Assembly: GCA_013265495.1 (NCBI GenBank)
Contig: MU058687.1
Coordinates: 4,710,093-4,774,092, forward strand
Length of the DNA: 64,000 bases
Source: Vicugna vicugna
Lineage: Eukaryota
Direction of reading: 5' to 3'
This document shows, piece by piece, positions 13,132 to 24,390 of the stretch. Each line of letters begins with the position of its first letter. Positions within the stretch are counted from its first letter, which is position 1. The position numbers and the translations under genes are program-made. The notes beneath the pieces were generated by a model that ran no database searches, was not told the DNA's origin, and was given only the letters and a program-made list of their open reading frames with translations.

Positions 13132-13200
13132 TTATAAGCTTTTTTTATTGAAGTATAGTCAGTTTACAATGTTGCGTCAATTTCTGGTGTACAGCATAGT
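13132..13200 (-). mobile_element. Young, extremely 5'-truncated L1 3' end (cetartiodactyl/camelid type)
   Basis: tttttattgaagtatagtcagtttacaatgttg..tcaatttctggtgtacagcatagt; probable TSDs gtcaatattcatt (13119-13131) and gtcaattcatt (13201-13211). Confidence 0.85.
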
Positions 13201-13384
13201 GTCAATTCATTCTGAGAACTGACTGCATATCCACTCCTGAACCACACGTTGAGATTACAGGAGAACAGCGAGTGTGGCTCTGCCTCCTGGGGTCTACAAA
13301 GGGCATGTGGGGGAGCAAGGGGCCAGCTAGTAGATGATGAGAAAATAATGTGGATCAATATAAGCTCAAGAACTAAAGTAATGC

Positions 13385-13482
13385 AATGATTCACAAAACA
13401 AATATTTACTGAGCACCTATCCTTCTGAAAAGTGTTGCACTAAGTGCTGTGGGGGTGCAGACACGTTTATCATAGGACCCCT
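13385..13482 (-). mobile_element. L2 3' end, interrupted by the MLT1 LTR
   Basis: aacaaatatttactgagcacctat...cactaagtgctg. Confidence 0.75.
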
Positions 13483-13925
13483 TGTATTAGGTTGCTAGGG
13501 CTAGTGTAACAAATTAAGACAAACAGTGGCTTAAAACAACAGATGTTTGTTTTCTCACCGTTTTGGAGACCAGATGTCCACAGTCAAGGTGTTGGCAAGG
13601 CCATGATCTCCTTGAAACCTGTAGGGGAGAATCCTTCCTTGCTTCTTCCTAGCTTCTGGTGGTTGCCAGAATTTCTTGCATTCCTTGGCTTACAAATGCA
13701 TCGCTCCAGTCTCTGCCTCTGTCATCATGTGTCTTTCTTACGTATGTGTGCATTTGTGTGTCTTCACAGAGCCTTCTTATAGGGAGACAAGCCATTGTAT
13801 TTAGGGTCCGCCCCAATCCAGTATGACCTCATCTTCACTAATTCCATCTGCAAAGATCTTATTTGCAAATAAGGTCACATTCTGAGGTTACAGGTAGATA
13901 AAATTTTAAAGAGATACTATACAAA
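13483..13925 (-). mobile_element. MaLR solo LTR (MLT1B/MLT1C-like)
   Basis: tgtattag..ctagggct...ggcttaaaacaacaga...tcaaggtgttggca...ggggagaatccttccttgc...atccagtatgacctcatctt...aaataaggtcacattctgagg. Confidence 0.9.
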
Positions 13926-14089
13926 GAGCTTATCTTTGGGGAGCTTATTTTGTAAGGTTCATACATGGTGCGATGACTGTTCAGAGAAGGGGGGCCAGTG
14001 TCCACGTACAGACTCTGGAAAGGCCAGAGGGGCAGGTCTGACCGTTGCTGTATTTTCTTAGATCTATGGTATCCGAGATAGCATTGTGG

Positions 14090-14285
14090 ATTGTGACCGA
14101 CTGTGTGCCAAGTGCTAGGCTCTTTTTCACTTTATTTAATCTTACCTTTGCAACAGCCTTTGTAGTGAGTATTATCCTTTCCATTCTATAGGTGGGAAAC
14201 TAGGACAGAAAGTTTAAGTAACTTACAGGGGACAAGTTAGGAACTGGGACTCAAAGCAGGCCGGCTCCAAAGTCTGTTCCACCGG
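14090..14285 (-). mobile_element. MIR SINE
   Basis: actgtgtgccaag...tattatcc..ccattctatagg..ggaaact..gtttaagtaactt...gggactcaaa. Confidence 0.8.
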
Positions 14286-14819
14286 CTGAGCTTACGCATT
14301 TCGGTGGAGGAAGCCCAGCTTGTCTCTCAGGCTCCTTTTGCATTAGACCTGAGTCAGAACGTTTGTCATGATCCTGTCTGAAGCTAGGGAACTGTTCATT
14401 CTGGGTGTGCATGTGGTATCATGTGGTATCTCAGTTTGCCAGATCTATGAAGTCTCCTTTCGGTATCTGTCAGGTAGAGGAAAACCACAGAAGTACCAGT
14501 TTATTGTCTTCATTAAGCCTCCAGATTCTTCCAAGCTGGAAATGGCTGTTTTGAACTTGTCCACGTGTCTGTAGTCATGCTCCTACATTCTCCTTGTCTC
14601 CCTCTGTGTTTCTGGTTTATGAACAGGACAGAGATGGTTACAGAACACATTGCAGGGTAAACACGAAACTCTCGAGTCACCCACTGGATTTTACAGAGTA
14701 AGACGTCTGTGATGTCCTGATGGCCATTCTCAAGCATCAGTTAGGTGCGAGAATCCACAACAGGGCAAGTAGGTGTCCAGGGAACTAGCATCCAGCATCA
14801 CCTCTTCACAAACTTACTG

Positions 14820-15040
14820 CAGGATTCAGGAAAGGTCTCTTGGAAGGCCAGATCCTACCAATGGACCTGTTTTGTTCAGTAAAGTGTTTTTAAATACATT
14901 TAAGTCTGAATGACTTTAAAGAGGGCAGGCACTGTCTAGGTCCTCACAAGCCTCACTCCTCCGCCTTATTTACCCCTGGTTTGAGCTACAGATTCATGTT
15001 TGTCCTCTAGCCCCTGAAAATAGTTCTGTTTGCCACCCTG
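14820..15040. mobile_element. MER58C-like hAT-Charlie MITE
   Basis: ggccagatcc...tgttttgtt...agtgtttttaaa...tgaatgactttaa...gcccctgaa...gtttgccaccctg. Confidence 0.7.
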
Positions 15041-15047
15041 ACTTAGA

Positions 15048-15105
15048 AGAGTGGGGATCAAAGTGTGCTCCCTGGACAGGCAGCATCAGAATCACCTGAG
15101 ATCTC
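15048..15105. mobile_element. MER5A fragment
   Basis: tcaaagtgtgctccctggacaggcagcatcagaatcacctg. Confidence 0.65.
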
Positions 15106-15989
15106 TGACTTTGAGATAAGCTAAGGTTTCTCACAGAAAACCTCCCTTTCTTAGAAAAGAATAGTGCCTGCTCCTGTTTTAGTGACAAACTTTTCTGTAA
15201 CACCTCACAGCCTACAGAAGCTCCTTATATACTGTTTTCTCACGTGGCCCTTAGACCACTGGGTTCAGGGAGATGTTGTCCTCTCAGCCCTGCTCAGAGC
15301 TGTACCGTGGCTCCTTCGAGGGTACTCACCCGGGCACTGGATCTCCAAGCTAAGTCCTTTTCCCTCCACACCGCTCTGCTTAAAAATGGATCATTTTGTA
15401 TGCTGATGAATGAGTACAAATTAATGATTTTAATTTCTCTATTCAGATTGAAGGAGAAACTATAAGTCTTGTTACTCTTGTGCTAATCACACCATTTAAT
15501 TTTTTTAGTTCACTTTATTTCTCACTTATTCAACAGTTAAAAATACCAACTCCACAACAAGCACTTTGCTAGGTGATTTTTAAGCTTAAAAATGTGCAAA
15601 ATACATGCATATTCATGAGAAGAATCTGTCTTTCCAGCTCCTGAGAGGTAAGCCACAATTTATCTTACAGCTGTAAAAAATCACATAATTGGAGCAAAAA
15701 ATTGCATATTGTCTACCAGACGGTACTGTCATTGAGAGGGGTTATAGTTAATGGTATGAATTAGTCTAAGTAGAGTTAATCATATTTTAGGTCTTAAATG
15801 TACATGCAGTCCTATACCCAGGAAGGAGTTCCCCTCACCTTCCCTAATTGGTCAAATGAAAACATTTGGCAGAAATACCCCATTCCGTTTTTCAAAGATG
15901 TATTTATTGGCTATTGGTCAGTGTTTCAAACTTAGAAGTCAAACTAAAGGGATTGTCAGGATGGGCTTAAATAGCCTGATCACTCACTG

Positions 15990-16260
15990 ATGATTCATTC
16001 ATTCATTCATTTATCCATTCACTCCCACACCAGTTATCTCCTGAATGCCGCCACGTGCCCTGTGCTGGGCTAATCCCTGGAGATACAGTTCTGAACAAGA
16101 CAGACTCAGAACCTCATAAAGCTTTCTGTACGGAAAGATAGCCAGCTAATTAATTTAAAAATTAATTAAATTTAATGACGACTAGTTCATATAAGTATCA
16201 TATTAAATAAATATTTATATTGTGAAAGAAAAATACAGTGTGGAGTGAGAGTCACTAATT
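15990..16260 (-). mobile_element. L2 3' end
   Basis: (ttca)n tail, then tgaatgcc..cacgtgcc..ctggagatacag..tgaacaagacagac. Confidence 0.8.
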
Positions 16261-16419
16261 TGGCTGCCTCGCCTTATTGGGGGACGGTGGGAGGACTGAG
16301 ATACCAGAGAAAAAGATAAATTAATTGGTAGATGTTCTATTTTAACTTGTTTGGGGGAGAAAGGCCATGCTCCATGCTGTGGGAATTAGCAAAACCATGG
16401 GCCGTGGGAGACAGAAGAG

Positions 16420-16580
16420 ACCTTAGAGGCTGTGTTCTCCATCCCACTTTTCTCCAGTTTAGAAATGAGGAGCCTAGCACCTGGGAAAGGTGAAATGAGT
16501 CACCTGAAGCCCTAGTCGGGTGATGATGGGAAGACGTGTGAGAGGACACAGGCTCAGGTCTCCTTCCTTCCACGCCCAGG
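16420..16580 (-). mobile_element. MIR/MIR3 fragment
   Basis: ccagtttagaaatgaggag...aggtgaaatgagtcacctgaag...caggtctcct. Confidence 0.6.
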
Positions 16581-17900
16581 ATGAGGACACGCCCCCTCCA
16601 CCAACAAGTGAAATCGATATATGATAAAGAACATCTCCAAAGACTAAGGGGTGGGTGGAGTGCCAGGCTTGGGGACAGTGGAATGAGGAAACTCAGGGGG
16701 TGGAAGGAAAGAGGAGTGAAAGAGAGTGGGAGACCCAGTGGAACAAGTTTGTGAGCCCTGCCACCCCCTGCCACTCCCTCTTAGTCACTCAGATGGTCTG
16801 CTCTTTCTGCCTCTATTTCGAAAGCAGCTGCTGTAACTGGGATGCAGTGCAGTAAATGCCCACTATGATCCACGCTGTCATCTTTGCATGGAGAGATGGA
16901 CTAAAGGCTTCCGACTTAGGCAGTCGTCTTGCTGTCCGTGCAGGACAATCTAAGGCTGTGGGATAGAACCTGGTGCTTTGTAAGCCAGTCTCTGCTCTGA
17001 TATACCTTTGACCCCTGCTTATGACTGATGATGAAGGGCAGCTCTGAGAACTGTCCCAGAAACAACATGTATGACATTCAGTGTGGGTACCGCATGCTAG
17101 AGAGACCTTGCTTGCCCCAAAGGTGGGGCCAGATGCAAATGTGACGTGATGTGGCTGGAGGAAAGGGTAGAGAGGTGGGAAATGGAGTGAAAAATCTTTC
17201 TTTGCTATCATTTTGTCAGTTTTATTCAGATCTTAACTCAGAGAACTAGATCACATGACTGGGCTCTTAAAACTTCTGTTCAAAAGTGCAGCTAAAGAGT
17301 AGGACTTAATAGGTTTGTTTAAAAAAATAGTTGAAAGGTTTCTGAGGCTCTGATTTTCAGTATTTCTTCGTAACTGTTGTTTTCATTGGACTGCAGCTAT
17401 TATTTCTACTGCATGGACTAAGAAAATGAGTAACAGAGATGCCACATCATGTGCCCTGACCTACTGGTAACTAGTTGTATGTTTTCCCCACTACTTCACA
17501 CTAAAGGAAAGCTGTAAGACTAGGAGGTGGTTAAAGGTAAAGAGAAATTAAGAAGAAACCTCTTGGAAATGAAAGGCAGGTTTTGAGTTTCTCTAATCAA
17601 AGGTAAGGGGCAATGGATTTAAACTAGGAGCACACACTGTGTTTAAATTTTGAAAGAAATGTACAGAGATTTTAAAATGTCTGAAGAGCTTATGGCAGCG
17701 AAGAACTAGAAGGAAAATATGAGTCAAGAACAAAGGGTGAAGATAGAACAAAGTGATGAGATGTGTGCCTGGTTTGTTTAAGCTTGAAAACTGTCTAAGT
17801 TTACTGGGTTTCTAAGCTTCCTCTTTCAAGAAGGATGAAAGAAAGGATGCTGCTTCTGTTAGTTTGTTTGCTTTCTTCTCTCTTGTATCTGCCCTGGCAA

Positions 17901-17919
17901 ATGTGTGTGCATGTGCATG

Positions 17920-17951
<32 letters not shown>
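17901..17951. repeat. Uninterrupted alternating purine-pyrimidine tract ending in (CA)n
   Basis: atgtgtgtgcatgtgcatgcacacatacacac...ca, 51 nt strictly alternating. Confidence 0.95.
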
Positions 17952-17953
<2 letters not shown>

Positions 17954-18104
17954 TAAAGTGGGAGCTGGGAGAAGTCGGTGGGTGGTGGAGAGAGATGGGG
18001 CAGAGTCGGTGCATCAGGGGGCCTAAATCCATGTGATGATCAAGTTCATAGCAATTTCCCCAGGAGACTGTATCATATTCCAGTGAACGGGAGTAAGGCA
18101 GAAG

Positions 18105-18118
18105 GTTGCCATGGCAAC
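18105..18118. promoter_or_regulatory. Perfect RFX X-box palindrome GTTGCCATGGCAAC
   Basis: Exact match to the ideal RFX dimer site, outside recognisable repeats; TAGCAA half-sites nearby (~18049, ~18145). Function is inferred, not shown. Confidence 0.6.
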
Positions 18119-19607
18119 AAAAGACCTGAAATATTGACTCTGACTAGCAACAGGCCAGTGAAACAGCCTAACTAGGATTTATGGCACATTATAGTGTGAA
18201 AAGCAGGAGAAAATTACTGTAAAGGCAGGAATTATAGCACAACAGAACATATAAACTCCCAAATCCATCTTCCTAATTAAAACAGCATACTCAGGGGTAG
18301 AGCGCATAGTAAGGCTGTTAGCTTAAATGGGGATGTGCTATCAGTGCTTCATTACAAAGTTTATTGTTCTCAAGACTAACTGTATGTATTTGGAAAACAA
18401 CAGGGAAGATAAGATAGTTAGGGGAGGGAACAAAGCAGGAATCCTGGTCACTTGAATCTCTTCAACTTTATTCATGGTAGCATAAGATTTTTCAGGTACT
18501 AGTCTCTGATCCCACAAGAGAATTCCAGAAGATACTCAGATCTCTCTTCATATAAATAAGTCATCGCTTTCAGGCATGACGCCTAGGAGAAGGTTATATA
18601 CTCTGTCCCATTGGAATCCACCAAGAAGGGGGAAGAAAAAAGGAGGAACCAATCCATGAGGTTAATTATTGAGAAAAAAAGGGATCCTGGATTTCTTGAC
18701 CCCAAACAACTCAAGTATCTTAATCTCTATGACAGAAATAATTCAGGTACTGGAGCAATATTATATTAACTTCCTAAGAACATTCCACACTCTAAATTTC
18801 CAATTGAAAGAAATTATTCCGTTTGTACACAAGGTATGCCCAGTTGGCCGAATGTTTCTATATCTTATAGAAAGAAGGAAATCTAGGCAGGTTCCACTCT
18901 AGTAAGTGGCAAAATTAAATCTGCAGAGGAACAGGGCCAAATCCTAAAGTCATCATTCGATAGGCTATTAATGCATCACACCATTTAGCCACACCATTGT
19001 AAATAGTCAAGGAACATCCCAAAATGCAAGTTCAGCATAATTCAGATTTATCTTTGTTTAAAATATGCTACAGAACAGGTCCCAGAGACGTGGGAAGGGC
19101 CCATTCTGGGGTGCATATGGCTATTCAGTAGGTGAGGCTCAAAAATCGTTCTCTTTAAGGTGTTAAGAGGATCTAGATAGGACTTGAGGACAACAGTCAA
19201 GGAAAAGTAAGTAAGAATAAATTAGATGTTGCCCAGACCCAGAGAGGACCAAGCAAAGGAATTCTAAGAAACTGCAAACAGTTGCCAGATTCAACCCACA
19301 GAGGTGTTTTGTTTGACCAGCAAAGTCTTTTCTTTGGTAAATGAGTATCTTCAGAGCCCTAGAGGAGAGAGTAACTCCTGGCATACAGCAGTCTCAGCCT
19401 TCCCTTCAGGTCTTAGTTACCAACCTGCCCCTAAGCATTCAGGTTTGCAGTGCCTAAAAGTCCTCCTCACAATTCATACTTTAGGTGGAAGCCTTTGCCT
19501 TTTTTGTAATTCTTATTAAAAGCTCCTAATCTCTCAGATTCTGGTCCAGAACTTCAGTTGTCAATCTGGAGCCCAGTCTGAAGAGAAAGCCATTATTCTA
19601 CAGTGGT

Positions 19608-19760
19608 TATTTATTCAATCAGTCATTCGGCAAGCATTTATTGAATACCTACTAAACTTCAGTAAATGCTTGGAAGACACGAACATGATCGATGCAGGCT
19701 TTAAACTGACACAAATGATTATTAATAAATATACGAACAGAAGTACAAAATGTTTTGAAA
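19608..19760 (-). mobile_element. L2 3' end fragment
   Basis: tcattcggcaagcatttattgaatacctacta. Confidence 0.65.
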
Positions 19761-20739
19761 ATTACGATAATCCTTTATTGAACCCCATCTGTATTTCCCT
19801 ATAACCCTAGTTGCCAAACAACGTAGTTACCTGACATTCTAGGTTTATGAGCTGATAACGCCCCACAGTCCCATGGCTTATGTCAGTGTTGTACTCAAGC
19901 GCCTAACAGTCAGCTATTCTTTTTTTTTCTATTTTAAATACATGGTCTGGAGGACATTTAGGAGCTATCTGAATAGATGTTCACACCTGTTTATTTGCAT
20001 ATTCTTCACTTAGTTGTCCTAACGTTGTAGTTTAGGGAAGAATTGTTATTGAGGATTCTTAGCCGTTGTGATGAGGTAATGCAAAGCTTCTCTGTGGCAA
20101 AGTAAACATATGCAGTGAACGTGGTTAAGCCATATACGATTAAAGCATTATTTATGCTTTATTTATAAGTGTTCGCTATTGACAACAGCTCCCCAAAGCG
20201 AGATTCACCGGTATAGCTACAGCCTATGGGCTCTGCTGTGGATTAATGCTATGATATTTTCTTTAATGTAGGTAGAAGTGATTGCTTTATTTTAACAAAG
20301 GGGCCTTTATATTCCCCCTGAGTTTGAGCCTTAAATGTAGACCACTGGGGATGCTCTATCACAGCTGTCTCCACGCTGATAATGACCCTCCCTGGGATTT
20401 CATCATCTCTCCCCCGGTCCATTGTTTCCTCGCAGGAGGTACTGAGCAAATTTATAGGGAGATACTTCAACCTCAGAAGAAGGATTTTTTTGTTTTGTTT
20501 TTTTGTTTTTGACTTCCCACATTTTGGCTATTTGACTTTCTGTCTCCCATTCTTTATATTTCCTTTGCTTTCATGTTTGTGTTTGGCTTCTTAACCCTGC
20601 AGGGCACCTAATAAATGCTCAGTATTAGATATTAATAGATATTATTATTACATGTTATTTACTCTCTCTACCCCCTCCCTTTTTAAAAAGTGTCCTCATG
20701 TTCTTCTTGTTGGCTGGCAGGACAGGGGTAGTAAATGAT

Positions 20740-20970
20740 GGAAGCAGTGAAGAGCAATGATTTAAGAAATAAAAATAAAAAGCACAGCACTGACTATAGG
20801 AGTTCAAATCCGGGTGCCGTCCCTTTCTAGCCACGCCTTGGGTGGGTTGTGCAACCTCTCTTTCCCCCAGGGAGTGGCTGGAAACTGGAGTCTGGTGTAC
20901 CTCCCTCAGAACAGTCCCCTGCCCCCGTGAGTGGGATGTTAGTATTGGCCGTTGTTATTATTATTATTAC
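20740..20970 (+). mobile_element. MIR SINE (degenerate)
   Basis: gagttcaaatccggg...ccttgggtgggtt..aacctctct...tacctccctcag...(tta)n tail. Confidence 0.6.
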
Positions 20971-22709
20971 AGGTGCACAAAATTTGCCTCCACAACTCCT
21001 GCCCTAAGTTGGAGGGAAATCATATTCAGAGAGTTCTTATCTTCTTTCACCTGAACCAGAAGTTGAATTCAGGATTTGCAGCTGGTGGTAAGCTGAAATG
21101 AAGCCAGGCCTCAGGCCCTCTAGTTAATCAGGCACGTATCACAGTACTAAATCATGTCTCTTTATCAGCATCCTTCCAGAAACCCCGTGAGGGCGCTCCT
21201 GGATCCGGGACTACAGTACTGTGGCCCCGCGAGGAAGACGTGCCTGGCGTGTAAGGGGTGCCCACAGAACGTTTGCGGACCTGCCCTGAGCGCTGTTCCC
21301 CTTTGGATATGACGCAGTTTAACATGTTCAGAGGAGCAGCGCTAATGTCTCTCCTGCGCCTCATCTCCAAACTTATCCCATTTTAGGATAGTGCCCCTCA
21401 TTCAGTTGTGTTGGATTTATCAGAGTCCGGTCTAAGTGTTCTAGGACACGATGAAATGGACTGAATTCTTACATAACTTGAAGGATAAGGTCACTCTGAT
21501 TAGTTGCGATTAATAATATGGTTTGCATAATTTCTAACGGCTTGTGATTTATTTAATATGTTCACTGTTCCATGAGTTTATAGTCTGGGGAAAACATTTT
21601 AAAACAGGAAGCAGTGTGTAATATTTTGAATTATTATCCTGTATTCCTTGTTCAGATCTCACCGAAAGCACTGGCAGTCTACCCAATTACATATTTTTAA
21701 AAAGAATTTATACTAGTAGGTTCATCAAAGACAGGGGAAATATTTGTATTAAAGTCACTCTAAACACAGACAAAGAAACCCCTTTTACTTGTCCTTACCC
21801 CATCCCTCCTCCTTTTGCTGAGTCCTCCTCCATCTCCCTAGCCTTCAACTTCCTTTTCACTTTCCCCCTAAGAACACGTCTGTCTTCCTTCTCTCATGTG
21901 TCCTTCTTGATATCTGCCCCTCCCCCAGCCCATTTCCCATTTCCCACTCTGTACTGTTAGTTCACCAGCTTCAGCCCCACTCTTAGTATCATGGCCCATT
22001 TGCTGCTTTGCTAACCTTTGACATTTTGGAATCAGACCAGGGTTTCATATGAATCATGGACATTTTCCATCCTTTTTTTTTTATTATTATTATTAGTTGC
22101 AACCACAGAGCTTCTCTCTTTCACCGTTTTCATTTTGTCTTTAGGTGAAGAGTAATAGGTTACTTTATATATTGGTCATACATTTTAACTCTACAAAATG
22201 CCCATTTTCATACTTTCTTTAGATTTTTCTTTTATTTAAGATTCCTTATGTTCTCATTGGCTCTCTATTATTTTGCTATAATCAGAATAGTTAAGGAAAG
22301 AGTGCCTTCACTATTGAATACCTAACATAATTTTCATAATTCTTCCTTATAAAAATAAAACATAATGCTTATTTGAACAACATATGCACTCATACACACA
22401 CACTCTCTTGGCCTAAATCAACCACACATGTTCATTTATTTTATCTTCTCATTAACTAGACCCTCCAGCCTCCCAGTGTTGCTTTCCTTTTAACACTAAT
22501 TCATTCAGTTCTTTCTAGCACCAGAGTTCCCCAAACTGCATGAAGAACTCAATCATTTATGCATTATTTGTCAGGGCTGCTTTAGTACGTTTGTTTAACA
22601 TGTAGTCAGTCGATTAATCTATTTGATAAACCATTCCAGAAGGTCTGGGGGCTTTTTTTTTTTTTCAGAGCTACTGGAGATCTTAAAGCTTGGTCTTTCC
22701 CAGGAATGG

Positions 22710-22870
22710 TGAAAGTACTGTGAGGGGAAGTATCAGGTACTGCCTAAAGTCACAGCTTCCGGTTTGGATTCTGGCATCACTTGCTGTATGACTTTGAGCA
22801 AAGTACCTAATCTCTCTCATCTCCATTTTGTCATTTGTAAAATGGAGGGTAAATGGCCCTTAGACCCTAG
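22710..22870 (+). mobile_element. MIR SINE
   Basis: cttgctgtatgactttgagcaaagtacctaatctctct..catttgtaaaatggag. Confidence 0.8.
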
Positions 22871-22929
22871 GTAAGAGACAGAAAGCTCGATTCAGTGTCC
22901 ATTAGGATGGATATACTATTCAAATTGTC

Positions 22930-23205
22930 ATTCACTTACTCACTCATTCATTTAATCAGTTATGTATTAACTCTCCTTGAGCTCAAGCCACTGTCCTAGG
23001 TAATGGTGACACTGTCCTATGTTTTAAAGCACACCACAGGTTCAACACATTCTCTCATATATCATCTATTTTGAGCCTTCACAATGCATTTTATAGGGAT
23101 GTGGAGCAGGTGGGATGTGATTTATCAAACACACTATGAATTTACCCAAGGTCACCCAGCAAGTAAATAACATGGGCCTCTGACCCCAGGGTCCATTCTT
23201 CTTCC
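22930..23205 (-). mobile_element. Adjacent L2 tail and MIR fragments
   Basis: tcattcatttaatc..cactgtcctagg (L2), then tttacccaaggtcacccagcaagtaaat (MIR). Confidence 0.6.
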
Positions 23206-23679
23206 AGTCCATCTTTAGGTTTTGCACAGGATGATTTTTCTCCAAAGTGGTTGTTCTGTGGGTCCAGCTTATCATCTTTATGAGTGATCAGAATGTCAAC
23301 ATACATGATGGAAGTTGCCCTCAGTGGCTTATACTCCAAGGATAGCCTGTGCAATGTTGTCTCATATTCAGTAATTGGTATATTTCGTACCACAATCTAG
23401 TTTTCTAGCTTTCCTCGAACAATTAGAAGGTCAGGCATCACTGGGTTTGGCATCACACCAGGTAATGACCAGCTAAAGCTGCGCTCTGGTTGAGGCATAC
23501 GCTAACCCTGACACTCCCCTCATCACTCTGCGTGACATGTTTCCATATGTCATTGTGCTTATGCTTTTACAGTCTTCGCCTTGCCATATTAGTGCTTAGC
23601 CCATTTGACATTGGAGTTTTTGACTCCTATTTTAAGCTACAGATATGGCAGTCACTGATCATGATTTGGGTGAGTAACA

Positions 23680-24030
23680 GTAATGACTCTACGTGCACTT
23701 TATAAGATACAAAGAACTTTTAAAACAACCCTGGGCTATATTGCTATCCTGATTTTATAGCAGTTTGCCCCCAGTCAGTCAACTAGTAGTAGTAGAGGGA
23801 GAATTAGAATCCAGGACAGTTGGTTCCAAGTCTAGTGTTCCTCTCCAGTTTATTCTACTATCATTCATTCATTTGTTCATTTATCCACATATTCATTCAA
23901 TATTCAATAAATGAATAATTGTCAGGGAGTACCAAATGTCTTCCTAACCCTGTACTAGATGCTGGAAATATAAGTGAGACCAAGATGTGGTCCAGGCCTT
24001 ATGAAGCTAATGGTCTATTTAGGGGCAACA
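23680..24030 (-). mobile_element. Adjacent MIR and L2 fragments
   Basis: gaattagaatccagg..ttccaagtctagtgttc (MIR); tcattcattc..ctgtactagatgctgg..gagaccaagatgtggtcc (L2). Confidence 0.65.
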
Positions 24031-24264
24031 GATAGACATTGTTCTGAGTGCATCATGATGTGTGTGTAAAAGGTATGCACAAGTTGCCGTATTTAGTAAC
24101 AAAGAGCATGCGATTAATTTTGTCTGTGGCTTGAATGTGTTTCTGTTGCTATAAGGAGTAGCTTGAGAATATGGAGCCCTCTTCAGTTTCTCTGTGGTGA
24201 GGTGGTAAATCTTTAAGTCCTTGAGGAACGTGGTCTTCACAAAAGCAGGAAAGAGTGAAATCTA

Positions 24265-24390
24265 AAGAGTACTGGACTGAAGATCAGGGCACGAAGTGTT
24301 TGGTCCTGGCTCGGGTACTTTCTAGTTGCTTGATCTTAGAAAAGTCATCAAGGTTATATGTCCCTAAATTTTTCTTTATCAGAAGATAAG
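24265..24390 (+). mobile_element. MIR fragment
   Basis: aagagtactggactga...gtcctggctc...tgatcttag..aagtca. Confidence 0.55.

Noticed and set aside
16147..16168. AT-only inverted repeat taattaattt-aa-aaattaatta
   Set aside because: Low-complexity sequence inside an L2
18288..18310. ctcaggggtagagcgcat, resembling a tRNA/SINE A-box
   Set aside because: No B-box or cloverleaf follows
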